A program made the translations under genes and the position numbers. Below, piece by piece: positions 1 through 7,912 of a stretch of 24,609 nucleotides of DNA. Position 1 is the first letter of the stretch. Each line of letters starts with the position of its first letter. Origin of the DNA: a virus (Duplodnaviria > Caudoviricetes); IMG/VR virus record IMGVR_UViG_3300017909_001287, positions 1-24,609 of that record, one strand, 5' to 3'. The notes under the pieces are model-generated. The model was not told where the DNA came from. It saw only the letters and a program-made list of their open reading frames with translations, and ran no database searches.

Positions 1-93
1 TGCTTCCCTCTCCTCCGGTGTGCGAGGATCGTCGGGGTAACGATCCTCCAGAGGGTTGGTCAGGTACTCCTCGTACTCTGCCGTGTTACGCAA
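1..93 (-). CDS. Hypothetical protein, truncated by window edge (MRNTAEYEEYLTNPLEDRYPDD...)
   Basis: Not in the ORF track. AGGAGG RBS followed by TTG at 93; frame open to position 1; overlaps the stop of the upstream gene. Confidence 0.6.
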   Translation of the reverse strand, partial: MRNTAEYEEYLTNPLEDRYPDDPRTPEEREA

Positions 94-529
94 CAGTGCT
101 CCTCCTATCTTCCTTGATACCGAATGTATCATACTTGTAAGCGAAGATGTGCTTGCCGATAACCCAGGCGTGATGGGCCTGATAGATCGGTGACTCGTCG
201 TGCTTGAGCACAAACGACTCGTACTGATACGGGTTGTAAGTGACCTCCTGGTAGCCGTCGTGCTTGCGGAAGGTATCCACGCTGACCGCACTGTCAACGC
301 CGTCGTAAGGGTGCGCCCTCACACGGTGGTCACCCCAGGTCACTAGTTCTCCACGCACAAAAGCGTGGACGTTCTTCCTCTGTTCTTCCAGTACCCTCTG
401 CCGACCGGCAGGTTGCACGGCGAACTGTGCTTCCGACAGGCAGAGGAACTGATAGTGGTTGACACGGCCACCGATGGGCCGTGCCGACAGGCATTGCCTG
501 TGCAGGTTGTAGTAAGCCTCGTACCTCAT
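86..529 (-). CDS. Conserved phage hypothetical protein (YYNLH...GRQRVLEEQRKNVHAFVRG...VTYNPY motif family)
   Basis: 147-aa ORF with AGGAG RBS. The motif pattern is familiar from phage hypothetical proteins; function unknown. Confidence 0.8.
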   Translation of the reverse strand: MRYEAYYNLHRQCLSARPIGGRVNHYQFLCLSEAQFAVQPAGRQRVLEEQRKNVHAFVRGELVTWGDHRVRAHPYDGVDSAVSVDTFRKHDGYQEVTYNPYQYESFVLKHDESPIYQAHHAWVIGKHIFAYKYDTFGIKEDRRSTVA

Positions 530-531
530 GG

Positions 532-684
532 CTAACTCCTATCGGCTATGGCCTGCGCCACCCTGGCGAGCAGTTGGCACACCTGGTCGGTCAGTTCCAT
601 AATGTGGGAGTCAATGTCGCCGAGTGTTGCGAGACGCAGGTTGATCTCGTTCAGTTGGTGCTCGATCTCGGATACGTCAGTCAT
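532..684 (-). CDS. Small 50-aa helical/coiled-coil protein (MTDVSEIEHQLNEINLRLATLGDIDSHIMELTDQVCQLLARVAQAIADRS)
   Basis: Not in the ORF track. AGGAGG RBS 5 nt before the ATG; fills the gap between neighbouring minus-strand genes exactly; heptad-like Leu/Ile spacing. Confidence 0.8.
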   Translation of the reverse strand: MTDVSEIEHQLNEINLRLATLGDIDSHIMELTDQVCQLLARVAQAIADRS

Positions 685-693
685 TACGACCTC

Positions 694-1539
694 CTAGTTA
701 TTCTTGATGACGGATACGGCGATGTCGGTGGCACGAGCCAAGTCCTCCTCGGCCCACCCACCTACGGTCCATTGCGTAGCCTGCTTGCCCTGGTAGCACA
801 GGCACAGGCCGAAGTCCTCCCCGCAGTCGAGGCAAGACTCGCAGGTGTAGCAGTAGCCGAACACCATTGCCTCGTCGTAACTCAGTATGCTGCCGCAGGA
901 GCGGCACGCCTCGGGAGTGGCCTCGTAGTCATCTTCCTTGGCGATGACGGTGTGAGCAGAGTACGCACGAGCCAGGCTTGCGTAGGTGTAGATGGACTTG
1001 TACGAGTCGTTGCTCCACCAGATACCGTCCACCCACTCGCCGTCTTGCTCGTTGAGAATGTAAATGCCGTACTTGAGTGACTTCTCAGTGGTGAACAGCA
1101 CCACCTTGGACGACAGCCACTTCTCCAACTTGTCCCACTTGTTAGGCTTGTCGAGTATCTGCAAGCCACGGCGGGGCAACTCGACCTCGGCGAACCAGCG
1201 GGTATCGCTGCGGTCTTTCTCCAATGGGGCCTTCGGCATGACGCCGTTGTGTGCGAGGACTGTGCCGCCCTCACCGACGGTGAATGGGTGGCAGTTGGCT
1301 AGGTCAATCGTGCCGTGGGTGGCATAGCGAGCGTGATACATGGACGCTGAGCCAGGGTGCTCCTTGAGTGCCTCCTCGTAGGACTCGATAGCAACCGAGG
1401 CTTCCATGCTGTGCGCTTGGATAATGCGGTCTCCGAGGTGGACTGCCCACCCGAAGCCGTCGGGATTGTTGATACTTGCATTCCACAGGCCCTCGTAGTC
1501 GGGAGTAGCCTCGTGGTCACAGTAAGCGAGTAAACACAT
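694..1539 (-). CDS. Class II (Ntn) glutamine amidotransferase with C-terminal Cys-rich domain
   Basis: N-terminal Met-Cys nucleophile; NPDGFG, HARYATHG, NCHPF, HNG and SDT motifs; AGGAG RBS; C-terminal CRSC, CYTCESCLDC, CLC. Confidence 0.9.
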   Translation of the reverse strand: MCLLAYCDHEATPDYEGLWNASINNPDGFGWAVHLGDRIIQAHSMEASVAIESYEEALKEHPGSASMYHARYATHGTIDLANCHPFTVGEGGTVLAHNGVMPKAPLEKDRSDTRWFAEVELPRRGLQILDKPNKWDKLEKWLSSKVVLFTTEKSLKYGIYILNEQDGEWVDGIWWSNDSYKSIYTYASLARAYSAHTVIAKEDDYEATPEACRSCGSILSYDEAMVFGYCYTCESCLDCGEDFGLCLCYQGKQATQWTVGGWAEEDLARATDIAVSVIKNN

Positions 1540-1552
1540 GATGTGCTCCTAT

Positions 1553-2677
1553 CTAGGCCGAAGCCATATCGAACTTGTCGGCAAGCATTGCCGCCAAGTG
1601 TGGGTACTTGTCGCGCTGCATGAGCGCGTCGTGTGCGAACACGTCAAACTTGAGTGCACCAGCGAACGCTTGGCGCGTGGTCATGGTGCGGGTGTATTCG
1701 ATCAAGGCGTGGAGGAACTCGATGTTGGCGAGCAGTCGCTCGGGCTTGAGGCTGCCACGGAACATGCGCACCTCCACGGTGTTGCGGTTTTGCAGGTTGA
1801 TCCACATGTACCGATCACCGGCAGACATACCCCGCTTGTGTCGCTTGACGTTGTGGGCCAGGTATGTCTTGCGATCCCAACGGTCGAAGCAGTGCGAGTA
1901 GTCCACGTCACCACGTCCCGCTAGTCGAGACATCGCTGCCTCGTTGCGGTAGATGAACTGAGCGAAGCGGTACAGGTGCGCACTGCTCTCGCCGAAGGCA
2001 CGCGAGTCAATGTGAATGTGTATCCCGCAGGTGCTGGTATTCCACGAGCGCATACCAACATCACGGGCATACTGCATACTGTCGATCAGTCGTGGCAGTA
2101 TCTCGTGCCACGAGTCGAGAGTGCGTGGGTGGCTCACCATCTCGATAGCGTCCGCGGAGTAGAGCGAACCGTCACCCTTGTAGTAGAACTCGGTATGGCG
2201 GAACGTGTCGCGGAAGTTGTCGAGCGCGTCCTGCCCGTTGCCGTGCTCACTCTCCATCTCGATCTCCACGCCGAAGTGACGGTGCTTCCTGTCGTCACCG
2301 TGGAAGATGGGTTCGGGCTTGTACGAGTAATCTTCCAAGCCGGACAACTCGCCATTGCACGAGCCGTTGTCCTCGAAGTGGTATTCGCAGCACTCGTCGC
2401 ACCATACGGCGATATGGTCATGGCAAGGCTCGCACAAGTCTTGCGTCGTTTGCCAGCCGGTAGGGTCAGACACCGTTAGCAGCGGGTAGTCGGCTCGATC
2501 GCAACTATCCCCACACTCGTCGCAAAAGTGGACGACCGTGGAGTAGCACGAGTGGCACAAGTCGCGGCTACCTCTGTCGGCACACCGGACTTGATGGACT
2601 GAGCGACCGCAACGATCGCAGTCGTACATCGGAGGCTCGAAAGCCTCGTCGGTTTCTTCCATTGTTGTTTCAGGCAT
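1553..2677 (-). CDS. Putative amidoligase (COOH-NH2 ligase, glutamine synthetase/glutamate-cysteine ligase-like fold) with N-terminal CxxC zinc ribbons
   Basis: FGVEIE, DGSL, EMVSHP, TCGIHIH, RY..INL and TVEVRMFRGSL motifs. Start moved from 2704 to the ATG at 2677 (AGGAGA RBS). Confidence 0.88.
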   Translation of the reverse strand: MPETTMEETDEAFEPPMYDCDRCGRSVHQVRCADRGSRDLCHSCYSTVVHFCDECGDSCDRADYPLLTVSDPTGWQTTQDLCEPCHDHIAVWCDECCEYHFEDNGSCNGELSGLEDYSYKPEPIFHGDDRKHRHFGVEIEMESEHGNGQDALDNFRDTFRHTEFYYKGDGSLYSADAIEMVSHPRTLDSWHEILPRLIDSMQYARDVGMRSWNTSTCGIHIHIDSRAFGESSAHLYRFAQFIYRNEAAMSRLAGRGDVDYSHCFDRWDRKTYLAHNVKRHKRGMSAGDRYMWINLQNRNTVEVRMFRGSLKPERLLANIEFLHALIEYTRTMTTRQAFAGALKFDVFAHDALMQRDKYPHLAAMLADKFDMASA

Positions 2678-2933
2678 TGCTATTCTCCTTCTCCCATTGT
2701 TCATCTAGCCTCTGCCATTCTTCCCATTCGGCAGTGGTATGTGGTGCGTAGCAGCAGCGCAGACAGCGAAAGCAATGAACGCAATCCCATTGCTGCTCGA
2801 TTGAGCCATCTTTCTCCGCCTCGAAGAAAGTGTGGCAGTAGTCATAGATCGGGACGGGTGCAGATTTCCCGCACATATCGCAAGGCTTGAGGTCATGCTC
2901 GTCAAGCGTCATACCGAACTTGTTGATTATCAT
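2670..2933 (-). CDS. Small Cys-rich (zinc-binding) hypothetical protein
   Basis: CDMC, CVHC and CLRCC motifs. The ATG at 2933 overlaps the upstream stop (ATGA coupling). Confidence 0.7.
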   Translation of the reverse strand: MIINKFGMTLDEHDLKPCDMCGKSAPVPIYDYCHTFFEAEKDGSIEQQWDCVHCFRCLRCCYAPHTTAEWEEWQRLDEQWEKENSNA

Positions 2934-3250
2934 TTGCAGTCGCAATCCATGTTGTTCATGCAACGCATGAAGTCCGCGAAAGCGGCTTGGTCAATATTGC
3001 GCTCGAAGTAGAGCCACTGCGTATCGTTGAGAACGCCGTCCTCCAAATAGTCATCGAGCGTCCAATGGGTGATGTACCAATCGACGTCGTGCATGTCGTC
3101 GGGGTCGGGCTCCAACCCCTCGACCTGCTCGATCATCGCTTTGGCTTGGAGAACGATGTCCTCCCAATCGTCGCGACGCATAAGCACGTCGAGCAGTTCG
3201 CCGTGCGCTGTGCGCGTCACGACGCGCGCACTCTGTGCGATGACGGTCAC
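2930..3250 (-). CDS. Acidic hypothetical protein, first gene of the leftward operon
   Basis: The ORF track start (3304) lies only 2 nt after the -10 box. GTG at 3250 (or 3259) follows GAAAGG/GGTGG and is more plausible. Confidence 0.65.
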   Translation of the reverse strand: MTVIAQSARVVTRTAHGELLDVLMRRDDWEDIVLQAKAMIEQVEGLEPDPDDMHDVDWYITHWTLDDYLEDGVLNDTQWLYFERNIDQAAFADFMRCMNNMDCDCK

Positions 3251-3306
3251 TGTGACCACCAGCCTTTCATGTAATCCATCGTCCGGTCTTTCCGTCCGAT
3301 ACATCT

Positions 3307-3332
3307 ATTCTAACATATCGCGTACATACGCG
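3307..3332 (-). promoter_or_regulatory. Extended -10 promoter (TGnTAGAAT) for the leftward operon with adjacent palindrome CGCGTA-n2-TACGCG
   Basis: Minus strand reads TGTTAGAAT at 3315-3307; the palindrome is at 3319-3332; no canonical -35 is visible. Confidence 0.55.
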
Positions 3333-3339
3333 GGTTAGA

Positions 3340-3762
3340 GTTAGCATGTGCCAGCCATCAGACGGACAGTCGGCCTCGGCCTCCCCATCGGGTACGGCGA
3401 CGTGCGCGCGGTGGCGCGCGACGGGCGACGGGCGTGCTGTGGACAATGCAAGCGTTGCACGCGCGGGCGAGGGCCACCCCCCCGCTGACCTGGGGTTTGT
3501 AAAGGTGGCCCCCACCCCCCACACCCCCTGTCCTGAGAAAAATTTTTGCCTATTTCTGGGGCATTCTGGGCATCTTGAAAAAAAAGTTTGGCTTGGGGGG
3601 TTGAAATCACCCCCTTTTCAAGCCCTCTTCTTTTATAGGGATGAAAAAAACGTTGAGGCGCTTCGCGCCGAGACGTTCGTATTTTTTTTTGTGGATAAGT
3701 GGGTGAGGTCTATCCAGCGGCCCCCCTGGATTTTTGCCCCTGTTGTCCCCCTGTGGAGTGTT
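3340..3762. other. Non-coding divergence region, candidate packaging/terminal (pac/cos/DTR) region
   Basis: Lies between divergent operons just upstream of terminase. Contains C7/C5/C6/C5 tracts, A/T tracts and several inverted repeats. Confidence 0.5.
3644..3690. terminator. Bidirectional terminator-like hairpin
   Basis: A7 tract, interrupted stem AACGT..GGCG-cttcg-CGCC..ACGTT, then T9. Confidence 0.35.
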
Positions 3763-5667
3763 ATGTCTGAGGATGCTTCGTCTCGTAGGCGGGTTAGTGC
3801 TGACGAGGCTCGTAAAGAACTGATTGACTTGGTGCGGCAGGGCCGCACTATCTCTGATGGCCTGAAAGTTGTTGGCCGCTCGCGGTCGTGGTACGACGCG
3901 CAGCGGCGTGCGGTTGAGGGTTTTTCTGTGATGGTGGATGGTGTCCGCCTGCGGCAGTCTGATGCTGCCTCGGCGGCCCGTAAATCGGATATTGGTTTCT
4001 CGGAGTTTTCGCAGCGTTACTTGGATACTCGCGTGTGGCCGCACATGCAGAATGTGGTGGACTTGCTGGAGGGTCGGGAGCCTGAGTGGCTGCCTGAGCA
4101 GATGATCTACGAGCCGGGTACTGCTGGCTTGTCTCGGCTGATGGTGAACGTCCCGCCGAATCATGCGAAGTCGATGACGATTACCATCAATTACATCACG
4201 TATCGGATCGCGAAAGACCCGAACATCAATGTCTTGATTGTGTCGAAGACTCAGGAGCAGGCGAAGAAGTTCCTGTACGCGATCAAGCAGCGGTTGACGC
4301 ACCCGAAGTACGCGGACTTGCAGGTGGCTTTCGGCCCGGCGGATGGTTACCGGGCGACTGCCGACCAGTGGGCGGCGAACAGGATCTATTTGGGTGGGGA
4401 TGCCCGGGACTCCGGCGAGAAGGATCCGACCGTTGAGGCTCTCGGGATGGGCGGTCAGATCTATGGTTCGCGTGCGTCGCTGATTGTGTGCGACGACGTG
4501 GTGACCTTGGCTAACGCTGGGGAGTGGCCTAAGCAGATGGACTGGTTGCGCCAGGAGGTAGCCTCGCGGCTCCCACCGGGGGGCGGTCAACTGCTGGTGG
4601 TGGGTACTCGCGTTGCCCCGATTGATCTTTACAAGGAACTGCGGAACCCGGAGCATTACACGGACGGGAATATTCCGTGGACATATCTTGCAATGCCTGC
4701 CGTGCTGGACTACAAACCTGACACGGCTGATTGGGCGACGTTGTGGCCCAAGAGTGAGCAACCTTTGGCGGATAGCGATACGCCGGACGCTGATGGGTTG
4801 TTTGAGAGGTGGAGCGGGCCGCGTCTGAATGCGGTTCGCAACGAGGTTGGGCCAGGTAAATGGTCGCTGGTGTACCAAAACCTCGATGTCGCAGAAGACG
4901 CCATTTTCGACCCGGTATGCGTCAGAGGCGCAGTGAATGGAATGAGGAAGCCGGGGGCACTGGTGTCTGGCGCGACAGGCCACCCCGCCGATTCAGCGAA
5001 TTTTTATCGAGTAATCGGCATTGACCCAGCGATGACTGGAGATACTGCGGCTGTTGCTTACGCCGTGGATCGGAGAACAAACAAGCGGTACGTCATGGAT
5101 GTCTACGTAATGACATCGCCGACCCCTGCCGCTATCCGTGACCTGATCCGAGAGTGGGCGGATGCGTACAAGCCGCATACGGTGATCGTGGAGTCGAACG
5201 CCTTCCAGTTATTCCTGACACAGGACGAGGAAATCAGGACGTTCCTGTCCAGCCGTGGGATTGCCTACCGTCCGCATCACACGAGCACCAATAAAACAGA
5301 CCCCGAGTTTGGTGTCGCATCCTTGGCCCCCCTGTTTGGCACAAAGACCAAGCGAGAAGGCCAGGAGGCCACTAAGCACGCAGGCGACAACCTAATCGAG
5401 TTGCCTGACGCCTCCCGCAGCGAGCACATGAAGAAAATGATCGAGCAGTTGGTCACATGGCAGCCGGGGGTGCGCGGCAAGAAACTAAAAATGGACACAG
5501 TGATGGCGCTGTGGTTCTGCGAGATTGTCGCTCGCGAAGTTCTAGCACAATCCTCGGGGGTTTCGAGGTTCGTAAAGAACGAGTTCGCCACGAAAGCGGA
5601 CATTGAGTCTCGTTACGTCATAAATCTTGATGATCTTGCTGCTTCGCAGCAATTCGCCCGAATCTAG
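3763..5667 (+). CDS. terL: Terminase large subunit with N-terminal HTH
   Basis: Walker A variant VPPNHAKS, Walker B LIVCDD, coupling motif VGTR, RNase H-like IGIDPA, VESNAFQ and C-terminal DTVMALW. Start reassigned to ATG 3763 (GGAG RBS); the upstream part of the 773-aa ORF is tract-rich non-coding DNA. Confidence 0.93.
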   Translation: MSEDASSRRRVSADEARKELIDLVRQGRTISDGLKVVGRSRSWYDAQRRAVEGFSVMVDGVRLRQSDAASAARKSDIGFSEFSQRYLDTRVWPHMQNVVDLLEGREPEWLPEQMIYEPGTAGLSRLMVNVPPNHAKSMTITINYITYRIAKDPNINVLIVSKTQEQAKKFLYAIKQRLTHPKYADLQVAFGPADGYRATADQWAANRIYLGGDARDSGEKDPTVEALGMGGQIYGSRASLIVCDDVVTLANAGEWPKQMDWLRQEVASRLPPGGGQLLVVGTRVAPIDLYKELRNPEHYTDGNIPWTYLAMPAVLDYKPDTADWATLWPKSEQPLADSDTPDADGLFERWSGPRLNAVRNEVGPGKWSLVYQNLDVAEDAIFDPVCVRGAVNGMRKPGALVSGATGHPADSANFYRVIGIDPAMTGDTAAVAYAVDRRTNKRYVMDVYVMTSPTPAAIRDLIREWADAYKPHTVIVESNAFQLFLTQDEEIRTFLSSRGIAYRPHHTSTNKTDPEFGVASLAPLFGTKTKREGQEATKHAGDNLIELPDASRSEHMKKMIEQLVTWQPGVRGKKLKMDTVMALWFCEIVAREVLAQSSGVSRFVKNEFATKADIESRYVINLDDLAASQQFARI

Positions 5668-5678
5668 GAGGTACGCGG

Positions 5679-7433
5679 GTGACCGATTACGCTCAACGCT
5701 TTGACGCAATCCGTAAAAGGAACGGAGAGCGCGATCAGCGTATGCGTGAAGTTGCTATGGTTCGCGCTGGCGAAGCCGGGCACGTGTTTCCTGGGCTATT
5801 TCCCGAGGGCATGTGGTCAAAGCCGATCATTGCCAACCTGATTGACGTTGTAGCCAAGGACTTGTCTGAGCAAATCGGCGTCGTCCCGTCTGTCAGCGCA
5901 TCCGGCGACTCGTCTCTTGATGATTCGTCCCGAACAAAGGCAGACAAGCGCACAAAAATCGCTAACTACTACCTCTCTTCCTCCCGTTTGGGCGTAAACC
6001 TAATCCGCGCAGCCGATCAACTCGTCACCTACGGCTTTGTGCCGTTCCGTGTTGAGCCTAACTTCACGGAAACCCGCCCCCACATTCACGTGGAGTCGTG
6101 CGAAGGTGCCTACTACGACATAGATCGGTTTGGGAGCGTCCTCGCGTACGCCCACCTGTTCCGCCGAAGGGCAGGTGACCTGGCCGCGATGTTCCCTGAG
6201 TACGCGGACAAGATCATGACGCGGGGAATGTACGGTTCCACCGACGAATCCTCGATGATGGAGGTCGTTCGCTTCTATGACGAGAACGAGAGCGTCATGT
6301 TTCTGCCGGAACGCGAAGGACTGGTGCTGGCAAAGACCCCGAACCCCTTGGGGCGCGTCCCTATCGCTATCGCGCAGCGGCCTAGCCTCGACGGAGAGAC
6401 CCGTGGGCAGTTCGATGACGTGCTCCCGGTGTACGCCGCGAAGGCGCGGCTCGCTCTGCTGATGATGGAGGCCACACAGAAGTCTGTGGAGGCACCACTC
6501 GCATTGCCGCAGGACGTTACGCAGTTGTCCATCGGGCCTGACGCGGTTATTCGATCCAATAGTCCAGAAAAAGTCCGGCGAATCCCATTAGACATCCCAC
6601 AGTACACTTTCGCTGAGAACAACCTGCTGTCAGACGAGTTGAAGTTTGGCACAAGGTTCCCCGAGGCCCGCACAGGCCAAATGGACTCTTCCATTGTTAC
6701 GGGTCAGGGCGTCAAGGCCCTCATGGCCGGGTTCGACGGGCAGGTAAAGACCGCACAATCAATTTTGGGCGACGCCTTGGGCGAAGCCCTGTCCCTGGCG
6801 TACGCCATTGACGATGCCTACTTCGGAGACATCCAGCGTGAGGTTTCCGGCAGCGCAAACGGCGTCCCGTACAAGTTGAAGTACCGGCCATCGACCGATA
6901 TTGACGGAAATTACGGAATCAACATCGAGTACGGCCTGATGGCTGGGCTTGACCCCAACCGAGCCCTGGTGTTTGCGTTGCAGGCACGCGGCGACAAGTT
7001 GATCTCTCGCAATTTCACGCGACGGAACCTGCCGATCACGATGAACGCGGCAGAAGAAGAACGCGCCATTGATATGGAAGAGATGCGCGACGCATTGAAG
7101 GCAGGGGTTGCCTCGCTGGCTGCGGCAGTCCCACAGATGGTTACGCAGGGTCAAAACCCACTAGAAATCATCGAGAAGATGGCTACGGTCATCGGCGAAC
7201 GCAAGAAAGGCACCCCCCTTGAGGATGCGGTTGCCAGGGCGTTCGAGCAACCAGAGGAAGAAGAGCAGGAGCAAGATCCAATGCAGCCTGCCATGCAACC
7301 TGGTATGCAACCTGGCGGCGATATGCCTGCAATGGAGCAAGGCCCGCCGCCAATGCAACAGTTACTTGCCGGACTCACAGGGTCAGGCAATCCCGTACTT
7401 GCTGGCCGAGTGGTTCGGCAAGTTCCCGCGTAG
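5679..7433 (+). CDS. Portal (head-tail connector) protein
   Basis: 584 aa immediately after terL; GGAGG RBS with GTG start; helical portal-like organisation; low-complexity Q/P/M/E C-terminal tail. Confidence 0.85.
   Translation: MTDYAQRFDAIRKRNGERDQRMREVAMVRAGEAGHVFPGLFPEGMWSKPIIANLIDVVAKDLSEQIGVVPSVSASGDSSLDDSSRTKADKRTKIANYYLSSSRLGVNLIRAADQLVTYGFVPFRVEPNFTETRPHIHVESCEGAYYDIDRFGSVLAYAHLFRRRAGDLAAMFPEYADKIMTRGMYGSTDESSMMEVVRFYDENESVMFLPEREGLVLAKTPNPLGRVPIAIAQRPSLDGETRGQFDDVLPVYAAKARLALLMMEATQKSVEAPLALPQDVTQLSIGPDAVIRSNSPEKVRRIPLDIPQYTFAENNLLSDELKFGTRFPEARTGQMDSSIVTGQGVKALMAGFDGQVKTAQSILGDALGEALSLAYAIDDAYFGDIQREVSGSANGVPYKLKYRPSTDIDGNYGINIEYGLMAGLDPNRALVFALQARGDKLISRNFTRRNLPITMNAAEEERAIDMEEMRDALKAGVASLAAAVPQMVTQGQNPLEIIEKMATVIGERKKGTPLEDAVARAFEQPEEEEQEQDPMQPAMQPGMQPGGDMPAMEQGPPPMQQLLAGLTGSGNPVLAGRVVRQVPA
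7281..7316 (+). repeat. 12-bp tandem repeat x3 (ATGCARCCTGSY) encoding MQPA/MQPG/MQPG
   Basis: Read directly in the portal C-terminal tail. Confidence 0.8.
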
Positions 7434-7444
7434 AGGAGAAGGAA

Positions 7445-7597
7445 ATGATCGGAAAGCAAGGCGGAATCGGTAAGGCCCCCACGGGTGGAGGCGTTATTCA
7501 GCCGAAGAGCATGGGTGGCGGCGTCGTTGGTGGCGGCAATGTTGCTAAAGGCTCGAACCCGAAGGGCATTTCGGGTAACAACAACAAACTCAAGTAG
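7445..7597 (+). CDS. Small 50-aa Gly/Lys-rich protein (MIGKQGGIGKAPTGGG...)
   Basis: Not in the ORF track. AGGAGAAGGA RBS; fills the gap between the portal and the 7600 gene. Confidence 0.75.
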   Translation: MIGKQGGIGKAPTGGGVIQPKSMGGGVVGGGNVAKGSNPKGISGNNNKLK

Positions 7598-7599
7598 TC

Positions 7600-7902
7600 G
7601 TGCCAACCGTCAAGGGGAAAAAGTACCCCTACACGAAGAAGGGCATGATGGACGCCAAGAAGGCCATCAACGAGGACGACGCACGAGGGTTTCGCGCGCG
7701 TGTAGCGAAAGCGAAGCGCATCAAGGGCGAAACGGTGGCACCTAAAAAGGCTAAAATCAAGGGCAAGGTTCGCAAGCCTGGACTAAGCAAGGGCGAGCCA
7801 CCGAACAAGAAGTACCCGTTTGGCCCCGGTAACGCGAGAAACAAGGACTACCCGGGCCTCCTCCGGCCCGGCGGGAAGCGAAAGAAGAAGACCGAGAAGT
7901 AG
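7600..7902 (+). CDS. Small Lys-rich basic protein (MPTVKGKKYPYTKKG motif)
   Basis: 100-aa ORF in tight operon spacing; very basic composition. Confidence 0.75.
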   Translation: MPTVKGKKYPYTKKGMMDAKKAINEDDARGFRARVAKAKRIKGETVAPKKAKIKGKVRKPGLSKGEPPNKKYPFGPGNARNKDYPGLLRPGGKRKKKTEK

Positions 7903-7912
7903 TTAGGAAGAC

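Noticed and set aside
481-3338. Plus-strand ORFs over the left arm (e.g. 481-1080, 1538-1924, 1976-2479)
   Set aside because: Antisense to well-supported minus-strand genes; typical high-GC shadow frames.
3346-3762. 139-aa N-terminal extension of terminase in the ORF track
   Set aside because: Translates homopolymer tracts and has no RBS; a good RBS and ATG are at 3763.
3607-4983. 458-aa antisense ORF
   Set aside because: Shadow of terL codon bias; no motifs and no RBS.
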